From: Octopus bimaculoides
Taxonomy: Eukaryota
Direction: 5' to 3'
Assembly (NCBI RefSeq): GCF_001194135.2
Contig: NC_068981.1
Location: 132,994,182 to 133,052,511, forward strand
Length of the DNA stretch: 58,330 nucleotides
Under the pieces are notes generated by a model. That model was not told where the DNA came from. It worked only from the letters and a program-made list of their open reading frames with translations, and did not search any database. Numbering within the stretch: the first letter of the stretch is position 1; each line of letters begins with the position of its first letter. This document shows, piece by piece, positions 24,718 to 36,787 of the stretch. Made by a program: the position numbers and the translations under genes.

Positions 24718-24920
24718 TTTAGCACAAGGACAATAATTTCGAGGGAGTGGTAAGTCGATTACATTGGCTTCATTGCTTGCCTGGTTCGCTTTTTGTCGAC
24801 TCCGAAATAATGAAAGGCGAAGTCGGACACGGTGGCATATGAACTCAGAACATAAAGTTAGGAAAAATACTACTAAGCATTTTGTCCGGCGTGCTAACGA
24901 TTCTGTCAGCTCGCCGCCTT
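24718..24920 (-). mobile_element. SINE family A, full length, degenerate
   Basis: Plus strand ends GCTAACGATTCTGTCAGCTCGCCGCC (head complement). Confidence 0.85.
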
Positions 24921-25259
24921 AATTAAGCATATAAATATTAATTATAACTAAATCAACTTGTATACATTAGATACTAATTAATAAAAAAATTAAACATGCT
25001 ATAATAACATTCATAAACTGTAAACATTGATGTATAAGAAGACAACGGAAAACAAAAACTTCAAATAAATAATTAACATTGAATTAACTTATATAAACAT
25101 ATATGAATAATTAAATACTAATTTCCGATCGTTTCAAGTAGTTTTAGAAAATATAGTCTGACGCTATGATAAATGGAATATACAAACAAGAAGTAAATTC
25201 TTAAATTCTCATAGCACAATAATTTCAGATCTCGTATCATCAGATCTCGTATACATACA

Positions 25260-25364
<105 letters not shown>

Positions 25365-25640
25365 TTAGGGACAAAATCCAAAATTACAGGTAAAAACTCA
25401 ATTTATATATATATATATATATATATAAGAAGAAAAAAAGAAGGTTTAAAAACACCAGGCAGATATCAATAAAGCATTCAGTTTTAAACGAATTTGTTTA
25501 ACTATATCAAACAATCAGACACCAATAGATTCAAGTAGAATACACATCCAAGGTTATTCCTCATGTATGACAAGTGGATCCAAATATCATTTGGAAGTAT
25601 TTCGAGAAATTCAGAGAATGAGATAGCAAAAATACATATA

Positions 25641-25802
25641 GGCGCTGGAGAGGCTGTGTGGCAAGCAGCTTGCTAACCAACCACATTGGTCCAGGTTCAG
25701 TCACACTACGTGGCACCTTGGGCAAATTTCTTCTGCTATAGTCTCGGGCTGACCAAAGCCTTGTGAGTGGATGTGGTAGACGGAAACTGAAAGAACCCCG
25801 TC

Positions 25803-25834
<32 letters not shown>

Positions 25835-26177
25835 NNNNNNNNNNCTCCCCGTAACTTAGCGGTTCGACAAAAGAGATCGATAGAATAAGTACTAGGCGGT
25901 ATTTCGTCTGCCGTTACGTTCTGAGTTCAAATTCCGCCGAGGTCGACTTTGCCTTTCATCCTTTCGGGGTCGATAAATTAAGTACCAATTACGCACTGGG
26001 GTCGATGTAATCGACTTAATCCGTTCGTCTGTCCTTGTTTGTTCCCTCTATGTTTAGCCCCTTGTGGGCATAGGCTTACAAATAATAAGTTCTGGGGGCG
26101 ATTTGTTAGAATAAAGGCGGTGCTCCAACATGGCCGCAGTCAAATGACTGAACAAGTAAAAGAATAAAAGAATAGAG
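25641..26177 (+). mobile_element. SINE family B carrying a nested family A insertion
   Basis: Family B head, CORE-like block and tail are continuous once 25898-26075 (insert plus one TSD copy) is removed. Confidence 0.92.
25898..26070 (+). mobile_element. Young 5'-truncated SINE family A nested in family B
   Basis: Flanked by the direct repeat TAGGC (25893-25897 and 26071-26075). Confidence 0.95.
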
Positions 26178-27022
26178 AAAATTACATCTTTAATTGTAGA
26201 ATTCACCTGATAAAACCTACAATTTGTTCTGTTTTATTAACATATTTAGATACAGAAAATACTGAAATTAACATTTTCGAAAATACATGTTAAAACGTTT
26301 TCTAGGCGATCCAAAATTAGTTAAAATCAGTGTGAACTAAGGAAATGTTTTCAGTACACGAACGTATACAAAAAGAACTCTGAGAAGAAATATAATCTAA
26401 GAAAAGCTATTTTTGTATTCAATTCTTGGTGACGTCAGTAGTTAACGAACGACTAAACAATAAACATAAGAATTCTACGTTGGGATAATTAGAAATCGTG
26501 CAGTGTGATCTAACCAACAAATTCATGGCTATGCGTTTGCGAATCGATTTGCTTAACCACACATCCAAGCTTCCACTAAAAGTTTATTGTTTGTTTTATG
26601 GTGTTCGCCACTTCAGTCTTTTACTTTTTTTCCTTAACTACTCACAAAATATTGTATTGTCGAAGTAGGGATATGAGAACTCCTGACGTCAACTCCTTTC
26701 AAAAATGCAATAACAGTGCAAATGTAATAAAACAGTTTCCGTCAGGAATCAAAATTGCACTGTAGACTTAAGTTTCCTGGAGTGCTTGCTTTTAACTTTG
26801 GTGTTTGCTAAACGCCAGCTTTCGAGGTGTTACCTGCATAAGTGTTGCTGAAACACGTGTCAATTTACAGCCTGTTTAACTCTTTCACCCTTTTATTTGA
26901 GCTACGAGGTAAGTGGGGATAGGATTTGCACAATTGAGTCTGCAGAATAGAATGTGAGTGAGGGGATGTAAACTCGTGATAAGAATAGCATCCGCTTCTC
27001 TTGCTGAGTAAATAATTCTTTC

Positions 27023-27232
27023 TAGTTTTGGTACAAGACCACCGATTTTACGGTGGTGGTTGAATCCATTACACCGGCGCGAGTGCTCATATGGTTACTT
27101 ATTTTATTGACCCTGAATGTATAAAAGACAAAGCCGACTTCGGTGGCATTTGACATTAGAAAGTAAAGAGCCAGAAGAAATGCCGCTGAACATTTTATCC
27201 GGCGTGGTAACAATTCTGCCAGCTCACCGCTT
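27023..27232 (-). mobile_element. SINE family A, old
   Basis: Head complement AACAATTCTGCCAGCTCACCGC; degenerate body. Confidence 0.75.
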
Positions 27233-28367
27233 TGACTAAATAATAAATTTCAGAGCTTGGTCCCTAAAGAACCGTAAATTATACGAACGAGCAGATAGAT
27301 CAGGTTGACATTCTGAGATATTTCACAAGCACAGCGATAATGTGTATTAATGGAAACAAATACAGCTGAGTTTTATTCATAATTAAACAAACAAACGTTG
27401 TTGTTAATGAAAAACTGCGAGAGTTCTGAGACCAAAGTGAGCAACTTTAATATAAAACATCAGAAAAGAGAAACACGCTTTATCTAATTATCACGTGAAA
27501 CAAAGATGATCAAGTTCTAGAAAACAGATAAATATAATCATTCGATGATTGAATCAGCATGGTACGACTGATCAATAAATGACACTTTTAGAAATAACAA
27601 TACAATACATAATCATCATTTCTAAATTTTCATGGCAACATAATTGCAGATATCGTATCACATGTGTTATAAATATGTCGTCTGTTGCTATGTTCTGTTT
27701 TTCGGTATGTGTGGAGTGATTTAAACCTGTAGGTGGTCTTCTCTCTTTCTTTCCCTTTCAACTCCATTTCCACTTAGCTTGATTTGAAAGGTAAAAAATT
27801 AAGAATGAAGACATTTTTAAATCAATAAATTAATAATTGAATAAATAAATATACTTCGTGTGTATTACGAGGTGCTAAAAATATCAAATGTCTCATATTT
27901 TCTCTAAATAGCAACAATTGGACGGCTAAAAGAAATGCATGCTTCAGTTAAATCGTCATAGTATTTCAAAATGAAATGAAAGAATTGCTTATAGTTTTGA
28001 AACAAATAGAAATTAACAACTTAGAATGTAATGTAGCTGGATATATTTGATTGAAGTAGAATTAGCGAAGTCAAGTTAATGCAAGCTATTATCCATCATT
28101 GCATTATATCAATTAGGTGTGAAGCTTTAATGTTTACAGAGATGTTACAAAAGCTTCCCATGAAAATTACCTGCTTTTAAGAGACTCGTAAAAAAACACC
28201 CAAAATTTATCCCCCCACATTACCTGCGTTTGTTCAACTTATGAGAAAATGATGTAACATTCAAATATCTTGTTTAAAGTATTGCATAAAACATTTAGTT
28301 AATGCTACACATAGTAACCAACGACTAGAAATCTTAAGATCTTTATAATATGTAGGGTAAAAAAATA

Positions 28368-28538
28368 TTGATTTCAAATTTTGGCACAAGGCCAGCAGTT
28401 TTGGGAGAGGGGGCCAAGTCGAGTAAATCGACCCCGGGCACTTATTTTATCATCCGAAATGATGAAAGGCAAAGTGAACATCGACGGAATTTGAACTCAG
28501 AACGCGAAGACGGGCGAACTGCCGCTAAGAATATTTCC
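28368..28538 (-). mobile_element. SINE family A, 5'-truncated
   Basis: TTTCAAATTTTGGCACAAGGCCAGCA tail complement; GATGAAAGGCAAAG..GGAATTTGAACTCAGAACG. Confidence 0.85.
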
Positions 28539-29034
28539 TCTCGTCACCTTTGGATAAAGAAATGTTCATTTTAAATGTGTATATTCTGCATACCTTTTTT
28601 ACTCTTTGATTTAAATTTCAAACTTCAAAACTGCCTAAACTTAATTTAGTCTGTTAGAGGTTGTCTCCAATATGGCAGTTAACCAGCAGGGATATACCAC
28701 GTATTCAGTTGGAAATTACCAGATTATTTGTCAATGCACTCCCCTCACCTTGTGAACCACTGTTTTATTCTTCATTGTATCATCTTTTAACTAAGAACGG
28801 GCTGTTTGAAAGATAGGAATATTTATGCGGTGATTCAAAGCAAGATATGCTAGAGTGGTTTCTACTTCGTGTTCACCAATGGGAAAGCGAAAATTTGAAG
28901 TTATCCCGGTAAGCTAAATTATTATTCATAAATTGTATAGCTTTCTTGCAACTAATACTTGTGAGCTAGATTGGTAGACAGGGTTATTCACGCTACGGTA
29001 TAGCATATTAACACACACACACGCACGCACGCAC

Positions 29035-29151
<117 letters not shown>

Positions 29152-29619
29152 GCTACATCCATATTTATTTAATCTCACTGTGAAATTACACCGTCAATGG
29201 CTCTTTCGGTAGCTTGGCTTCAAGAGCAAACTGACTGATTTCATTACAGCCCATCAAGATTCGCTTAACTACTCTTCTGAAAATGCCGAAATAAAATCGT
29301 GGACGATCACTAATTACAATATAAGGACTATTTCATACCAAGGACTACAAATGGACATGATACCTTATATTTATTTATAGCTTACTCATAGACAAGCATC
29401 ATTGAAAATAAGTGTCAAGAACAACAGACAACAGATACTATGAAAACAAGTTTAGTAAGCGGTGATATGGCGGTGCATTTATGAAGCTCGTTTGCACCAC
29501 GTGTTATCAGGCGCAGATTCTCTACGCAGTACCATAGGCTGTGAGTGAATCTGGTAGAAGGACAGTTTGGAAACACGTCTTATACATACATGCATGCATA
29601 CATACATACATACATACAT

Positions 29620-29656
<37 letters not shown>

Positions 29657-29688
29657 AGAGTTATTCACGCTGCGGTATAGTATATTAA

Positions 29689-29723
<35 letters not shown>

Positions 29724-29754
29724 ACACACACACACACACATACACACACACACA

Positions 29755-30770
29755 TCTTTTAACTACCAAGTGTCGAAGTGCATCGTTTGACCAAGTTTGC
29801 ATACATGAGGTTGTTAACATCATAAGACTTGGAAACCAGCTCCTTGAGCAAAATTCCTTGTCTGATAACTTAGAATACATGCCCAAAGAAGTCGCACAAC
29901 TCTACCGCAATGTATCATCAGATGCAATGACGAGCCTATATGAGCAGAATTCTATGCATGGATATGTTAGTAGAAAGCTCCGAGATGATAGTATCATTGA
30001 TCATCAAAGCAGTCTATTATGGACCAATAGCCGGATTATTACCTCCCACTTTGAAGGATATGCGTTTGCAATCCAAGAACAGGAAATATCAACCAAATTC
30101 CTGATGCACAAAAGGGATAGAGATGCAGGAAAATCAGTAAAATGTGACAACCGATACAGACTTTGTGGAGTTAACACCGAAGATATCACCCACATCATAA
30201 GCAGTTGTCCGAAAATGTCATCACGATATTATCTATCGATTAGACATGATGTTGTAGCTAGGACACTCTATAATGAAATCCGTCGGAAGGATAAACCCGA
30301 GGACAAAGAAATAAGAACCCACAGTATGGCAGAAATCTACAGTTACTCTATCCAGATTACAAGTTCAGGTTTATACCTGTAATTATTGGTGCATGGGACT
30401 TGTAACACACTGCCTAAATACCAATCTTGAGAAATTAGGTTTCTCAAAACCAGAAAGGAAAAAGCTATTTCGAAGACTGCAGACCCAATCCATCACTGGA
30501 ACTGTAAAACCTGTAAAACTTTCCAGAAGTTTATCATTTAAATATATATGAGCATATCTAGATATGGAACTATATGCATACATACATAAAGCAAAACATA
30601 CAAATCTTCACACATACATACATACATACATACATACATACATACATACATACCTACCTAAAAAAATACCCTGCTGTTGATGTTGAAATTCCAATGAAGG
30701 AGCCTTGGATCTAGGTTAGGAACCGACTCTTTCTCTATTGGCAAGAAATCTTGAAATAAAACTGAACGAT
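29755..30770 (+). mobile_element. 3' portion of an R4/Dong-like non-LTR retrotransposon (zinc knuckle and RLE region, 3' UTR), 5'-truncated with an internal deletion
   Basis: ORF 29858-30382: MHGYVSRK..HFEGYAFAIQEQEISTK..YRLCGVNTEDITHIISSCPKMSSRYYLSIRHDVVAR (CCHC knuckle with first Cys mutated, plus RHD). Then in shifted frames RNLQLLYPDYKFRFIPVIIGA and LEKLGFSK..LFRRLQTQSITGTVK. Followed by an (ACAT)n tract and a UTR with AATAAA. Confidence 0.9.
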
Positions 30771-31196
30771 GACTATATATATATGTGTGAGTGTGTGTGT
30801 ATGCATGTATGTATGTATGTATGTATATATATATTCTTTATCTTATGATATTTACTTTGTATTATATTATACTCATTTATTGTGCTTTTAATTATTAATT
30901 TTTCTATATGTGATAGTGGATTTTCATCGATGAGTTCATGAAACTTGGTTCTTTTCCCTAAAACTATATATACATANNNNNNNNNNNNNNNNNNNNNNNN
31001 NNNNNNNNNNNNNNNNNNNNNNNNNNNNNNNNNNNNNNNNNNNNNNNNNNNNNNNNNNNNNNNNNNNNNNNNNNNNNNNNNNNNNNNNNNNNNNNNNNNN
31101 NNNNNNNNNNNNNNNNNNNNNNNNNNNNNNNNNNNNNNNNNNNNNNNNNNNNNNNNNNNNNNNNNNNNNNNNNNNNNNNNNNNNNNNNNNNNNNNN

Positions 31197-31227
<31 letters not shown>

Positions 31228-31667
31228 CTCAGCCTGTGCAAGACTAAAAACCTAGTGTAGAACTCAATAACGTATGTTTCAGATCAAAGTGTTAGATGAC
31301 TATGGAGCGGTAATAAGAAAAAGAGATGACATAGGAAAAACAATTTTATGTAATGAATTTCTTAAGTTTACAGGGAATTCTTAGTTGAGTGCCCGAAAAA
31401 CATCCTGTAGCATCATCGGAACCTCGAATATGAAGTGCAATTTACTTTGGAAAAAAAGGATCACGTATATATATATATATATGCACTATTGGTGCATTAA
31501 TTAACTATGTATAGGCCTTGCTGTGAGGTTAACAGTAGTTGGTAATTTAAGAGTAAAACGTTGTTTAATATATTCAGATAAGATAAGAGAAGGAATGGAG
31601 CAACATGTAACAATTAGACGTTGATCATTAGTATTGAATGATCATAGCTTAATTATAGTTAAGATAA

Positions 31668-31747
31668 CATTTACAGCTGTTTCAGTTTGTTGTTTTTGAG
31701 GCAGACTCGTGTTTATCTCGTTCCATGTAACAAACATCATCAGAATA
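31668..31747 (-). ncRNA. Type I hammerhead ribozyme motif (left arm, opposite strand)
   Basis: Reverse complement: TATT-CTGATGA-TGTTTGTT...AACAAACT-GAAAC-AGCT-GTA-AATG; all core elements are identical to the right-arm copy. Confidence 0.62.
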
Positions 31748-31910
31748 ATTTGAACTTTACCAGAGGAGTAAGGCTTTCCATTGTAAGCGGTGGGTGAAGT
31801 CTGTTAATTTTGCAATCATTTCTTTTAGATATATATTTCTTGGTGGAATTGGTATATCCTTTAATGATGCTTCTATTGTTTTTTTTTTGCTCCTCTGGTG
31901 AAGTTCAAAT

Positions 31911-31990
31911 TATTCTGATGATGTTTGTTACATGGAACGAGATAAACGCAAGTTTACCTCAAGAACAACAAACTGAAACAGCTGTAAATG
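31911..31990 (+). ncRNA. Type I hammerhead ribozyme motif (right arm)
   Basis: CTGATGA 31915-21; stem II GTTTGTT 31923-29 / AACAAAC 31967-73, enclosing a GCAA-capped hairpin 31939-60; GAAAC 31975-79; palindromic loop AGCT; cleavage triplet GTA 31984-86; stem I TATT/AATG. The stem II closing pair is U.U rather than G-C. Confidence 0.65.
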
Positions 31991-32642
31991 TTAACTTAAC
32001 CATAATTAAACTATGCTCATTCAATCCTAATGATCACCTTCTAATTATTACGTGTTGCCCCATTTCTTCTCTTATCTTATTGATGTGACACTACTCTATC
32101 CTTCTCCATCCTTCTCCATCCTTCTCTAATTCCCTTTTCCTCCCCTCCAACTTTCGCCGTTTGCTATCTGTCTCTCTCTCCCCTCTTTCTCCTTTTCTCT
32201 CTTTCGTTGCTCACACGGGACCATCGTCCATCTTTCTTTTCCTCACGTGACCATTTTTCTTTTCCTGCACGGACTTTCAAAAGACTGCACGTTTTATTTC
32301 TCTCTCTCCCATCTTTTCTGTCTTCAAAGAAAATATTTCTGCCAGCGTTCACTATTTTCCTCTCGTTCTGGTCTAACGATCCTCCATGTTTGTTTTCGTT
32401 CGGTTTCCTTGTATGTCTCCACCGTTCTATTTTTGTTTCCAGTTTTGACCTTCCATCAATCCTAAATTTTATTTCAAAATTTCCGGGAGCAACTGTCTTT
32501 GAAGACACCTATTGTTGTTGGATGTTCGAAATGAGGAGTAGATAGACAGCCGACAACTGTGTTTACTTGTCCTATTTTTACGTATTTTATGTTGTTTGCA
32601 CAGTTGGTGACGTCCTGTACCCATATATGCACACACACAAAA

Positions 32643-32685
<43 letters not shown>

Positions 32686-32729
32686 TGTGTGTATGTGTGT
32701 GTGTGTGTGTGAGCGTGTACACGTGTGAG

Positions 32730-32910
32730 TGTATGACCACCGCTCAAAAGCTTTACAACCTGTGTTGATTTGCCGTTCGGTAAAAGAAACTGATAAAAGA
32801 AGTACTTAAAAAAATATATACACAATTATTGAGGGCAATTTATTCAACTAAAACCCTTCAAGGTAGTGCCATAGAGAGCTTCAGCCCAACGACAGAAACA
32901 AATGAAAGAT
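32730..32910 (+). mobile_element. Old SINE family B tail fragment
   Basis: GTTCGGTAAAAGAAACTGATA..AAGTACT..ACTAAAACCCTTCAAGGTAGTGCC..GAAACAAATGAAAG. Confidence 0.6.
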
Positions 32911-33225
32911 AAGACAATAAAAGATATGCCGCACGTGTGTCTTTTACAGTGTTCTGTCGTGAGCCGTCGACTCTTCGTTTGAGCAGTTGGTTGGCAAACG
33001 CATCGACCTAGAAATCTGTGACTTATTATTCTCAAACAATAAACGTTAATTAGAAAGATGTACTTAGCCGATAACTAGGAATACCAGAAACTTGCAATGA
33101 TTAGTTTGAACGAAAATCGACGTTTGTATTTCAGACTTGTCACTTTGTTCTAATTAATGTCTTAAAACATTGTTAAATTTGAAACCAATAAACAAACAAA
33201 CTTGGAGTATGTAAATAACACATTG

Positions 33226-33658
33226 TAAGAGCAGGCGTGGCAATGTGGTTAAGAAATTAGCTTTGCAACTACATGGTTGAGGCTTCAGTGTCACTGTATG
33301 GAACCTTGAGTAAGTGCCTTTTACTATGCCTTGTGAGTAAACTTGGGAGAAGGAAACTGTGTGGAAGCCCGTCGTACACGCATACACGCATACCTACACA
33401 CACACCCATATATTCTCGTACATATACCTATGAATGTGTGTTTTCGTGTCTATATTTGTTACCCCACTCGACAACCGGTGTTGGTTTGTTGGTCCCCCGT
33501 ACCTTAGTGGTTCCGCAAAAGAGACCAAAATAATAAGTATCAGATTTAAAAACAAAAAAACACTAGAACTGGAGTCGACCTGTTCGAGTAAAACCCCTTC
33601 AAGGCGGTGCCCAGCTTGGTCACAGTCCAACGACTGAAACAAGTAGAAAAATAAAAGT
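33226..33658 (+). mobile_element. SINE family B, full length, degenerate
   Basis: GTGGCAATGTGGTTAAG head, ACCTTGAGTAAGTG CORE-like block, GGAAGCCCGTCG, tail GACTGAAACAAGTAGAAAATAAAAG. Confidence 0.85.
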
Positions 33659-34442
33659 AGTAACATAGGTACAAAATGTAAATTTATTTTTGGTAAATCT
33701 TGTGTTTAACCTATTACCTCCCATAATTCTATTAACTGGAATTTTTTTTATAGAACTTTGATTTCTAGCATAAAACAGCCTTAGAAACATGCTGGAATGA
33801 TCAAAATAACATTTTAAATAGAAATAAGCGAGATATTGGGTGAAAAATTAGCAAACCTCATTTGAATATCAGAAATATACCTAGTAGATATAGCAAAAAG
33901 GTTAGATATGTGTAAATATTGACAGATAATTACGAAATTTGTAATTTTTAAGTGATCTCATATGAGATCACTGGTAGGTAATGGGTTAATTTCGAATTTT
34001 GAAATAAAGTCGTAATTGTCTCGTTATGTTTTAATTTGAGACAAAGATTGTGCTCATAGTCAGCGCAGATGGCCTTAGAATCAGGTAAAAGTGAAGCAGG
34101 GATGTCGCGTTTGAACAACCGTAAAATGAGTTGACAGAGATTAGAAAAATCTGAAGGGTAAATGAATTCCAAAGAGCTGATGCTTGGCGAAGGAAATAAA
34201 TTGAGGGTCTTTTGGTGATGGAGGGAAAGAGGTGCGGACAGTATGGGTTATGCGGGAGGAGCATGAGGAGAAGTAGGAGAGGAGGAGAGGAGGAGGAGAG
34301 GAGGAGGAGACATGAATGAGTCGTGTGCTTGAGTGAAGGTACATTGAAACTTGCCAGCACCAAAACACCTTTGTCTCTTTGTAGTAGAAAATAGCGAAGT
34401 GCGGAGCCAGAGCAATTGTGGATTAGAGGTTAACTATAGCCT

Positions 34443-34762
34443 TCCGTCGGTTACGACGAGGAGGGTTCCAGTTGATCCGATCAATGGAACAGCCTGCTTG
34501 TGAAATTAACATGTAAGTGGCTGAGTACTCCACAGGGACACGTATCCTTAACATAGTTCTCAGTGGGTATCAACTTGACACGCTGAATGTGACAAAACCG
34601 GCCCCTTTGAAATACAATTACTACTCATCTTTGTCAGCTGGGTAGACTAGGACAAGAACAATGTAAAATAAAGTGTCTTGCTCAAGGACACAACGCGCCA
34701 CCAGGAATCGAACTCACGGCCTTACGATCATGAGCCGAATATCCTAAGCACTAAGCCACGTG
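34443..34762 (-). mobile_element. SINE family C (tRNA head, GTGTCCTTGAGCAAGACACTT central block, long tail shared with 37668-38054)
   Basis: Reverse complement: GTGGCTTAGTGCTTAGG A-box and GAGTTCGATTCC B-box. Tail block GGGTTCCAGTTGATCCGATCAATGGAACAGCCTGCTTGTGAAATTAAC on the plus strand. Confidence 0.88.
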
Positions 34763-34922
34763 ACTACATGGATAAGAGATTGGAATACTTTACTAACAAA
34801 GAACAACAATCGTTAATTATATGCAGGGTGCCGTGGGTTTTTAGTAAACGCACACGAAAATGTAATATAAAGTTTACCTAAAATTTCAAAATTATCCTCC
34901 TAAAATCATTGGCTTGTGCACC

Positions 34923-34968
<46 letters not shown>

Positions 34969-36378
34969 TTTCCCTCTCGCGACGCTTGTGTGTCTTTGTG
35001 TGTATGTGTGTGTGTGTGGTGATATGTTTGCATGTATACATACGTTGTGCACTATAGCAATATATCATACGATATGTGTATATGCATATATATACATTTG
35101 TGTATGGGTGTATGTATATACTCACATATGCATATATATATATATATATATATATACTTACACATATGTATGTATATACATACATACCTACATGCATAGA
35201 TAATCACACACACACATATACATAGCAGGTATTGATGACAATGAATCAAAATATGTCACACATGATAAAACTTAGCAATGTTTATATTTTAGATATTTGA
35301 TTAGAATTTTAAATGAATTATGAGTTTATTTTTCCTCGTAGTCATGTTTTACGAGAGGAAGCGTTAAAGTTGTCCCTTCATCTTTATGGTTGCTCTTGTC
35401 TAATCCATAACTGGGAATTTTTCTACACTCTAGAGACTATTCTTACATTATTTTCAGAACAAAGCTAGTGTGTGTACGTGTATGTGTGCATGTGTGAGAG
35501 AGAGAGAATGAGAGAGGAATTGAATACTTCATTCTGTCGGCTTTTGTCTTCAGCGTGTATATACGTATTTAATTGCAATAGAAATGTAATGTATTAATTA
35601 ATTAATATGAGTGATATAATTGAATCATTAAAGTGGCTATATACAACGAAGGGGATTGTAGATATTTGAGCAATTTATACATGGTGCTCTTGTTACCTGC
35701 ACTGCTATATCTGTAAGTGATTAGATGCAGCGCAGCAAAGCAAATAGCAGAGTTTGATATTTTTCAGTATCCAAGTAATCAGTTTAATGTTTTCTGATTT
35801 TTACTTCAAATTCAACAAAAATAAAATGTTTTTCTCTGATGTAAATTGATTTGTTTTGAAGTAAATTGTTTTCCTTTGAAGTAAATTGTTGTTGCTTTGT
35901 GTTTCTTTCGCTTTTATGAGCTTTTGAAAATGAATGCTAGTAACGTTCGGGTTCTATTCCATTGCAAAGCTCCTTAAGCAAGTTTTGTCAACCAAAGACT
36001 CGAGTAGAACAAATCTTTGTTAGTAAAGTTTGGAAGAGGGAAACTGTATGAAAGCAGGTCCGGGGAATTGTTTCTGTTCTCTTCTGACATGACCATCTGG
36101 TTCTGATTTGTCTTTAGCTAAAAGTTCACTCTATTGCAAGCGTCCAGGTCAGGTCTTTAGTTTGAGAAAATCTTCCCACCAGTCTCGAAAGCCATTTAAA
36201 AAAAAACGCGAAAGGTACTGCTATTTTACCTTTCACTAAAACATAAAAAATGGTACGAATAATAATTTCTTGTCTTTCTTTTTGTATTTGAGTAGTGATA
36301 TAAAGAAAGAAATACCTTCGAACTGACTTTCATTGACAAATCGAATGCTTATTACATGCAATATCTTTCCAGACACAA

Positions 36379-36787
36379 AAGCGGCGAGCTGGCAGAATGG
36401 TTAGCACTGACAATGATGTTTCGTGGCTTTTCTCCTGGCCATACGTTCTGAGTTTAAATGTCGTCGAGGTAAACTTTGTCTTTCACCCTTTCGTGGTCGG
36501 TAAAATAAGTACCAATTGAGTAATTGATGCTACCTTCCCTAAAAATTGCTGGCCTTGTACCAAAATTTAGAAAGAATTATCTTATCAGACACTTAGGCGA
36601 CGAGCTTGTAGGATCGTTAGAATGCCGAACAAAAATGTTTTGTGGAACTTCTTACGGATTTACGCATTAAATTCAAAAGTCACCGAAATGGATTTTACCT
36701 TTCGTCCTTCCGGGACCATTTGAGCACCGGGATCGATGTATTCCACACACTCTCTAAAATTGCTGTCCTCGTACTAAAATTTGAAAC
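36379..36787 (+). mobile_element. Two head-to-tail old SINE family A copies (~36379-36577, ~36595-36787)
   Basis: Each has a GCG(G/A)CGAGCT head and an ..AAAATTGCTG..CCT.GTAC.AAAATTT tail. Confidence 0.85.

Larger units (their letters stand above)
31578..32080. mobile_element. Penelope-like element remnant with an inverted pseudo-LTR (foldback): 191-bp arms at 31578-31768 and 31890-32080, 121-bp spacer
   Basis: Arms align without gaps with about 17 mismatches (~91%). The spacer on the minus strand reads ASLKDIPIPPRNIYLKEMIAKLTDFTHRLQWKAL, which I recognise as the SLKNIPIP...RLRWKA N-terminus of invertebrate Penelope-like ORFs (recalled, needs a search). Confidence 0.8.

Noticed and set aside
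25215-25255. Minus-strand CTGATGA..GAAAT hammerhead-like string
   Set aside because: It arises within a 12-bp local duplication; there is no stem II and no NUH triplet.
26870-26914. Perfect donor GAG|GTAAGT at ~26908 (and GAG|GTAAGT at ~52428 with a 103-nt open candidate exon HIPELSLEDGYSQTFKETPGQMRPFSSLAAHQRG)
   Set aside because: About one AGGTAAGT per strand is expected by chance in 58 kb, and I recognise no protein. Not called without RNA-seq.
31810-32088. 92-aa plus-strand ORF
   Set aside because: It is the antisense of the Penelope-like fragment plus the non-coding arm; no independent evidence for a gene.
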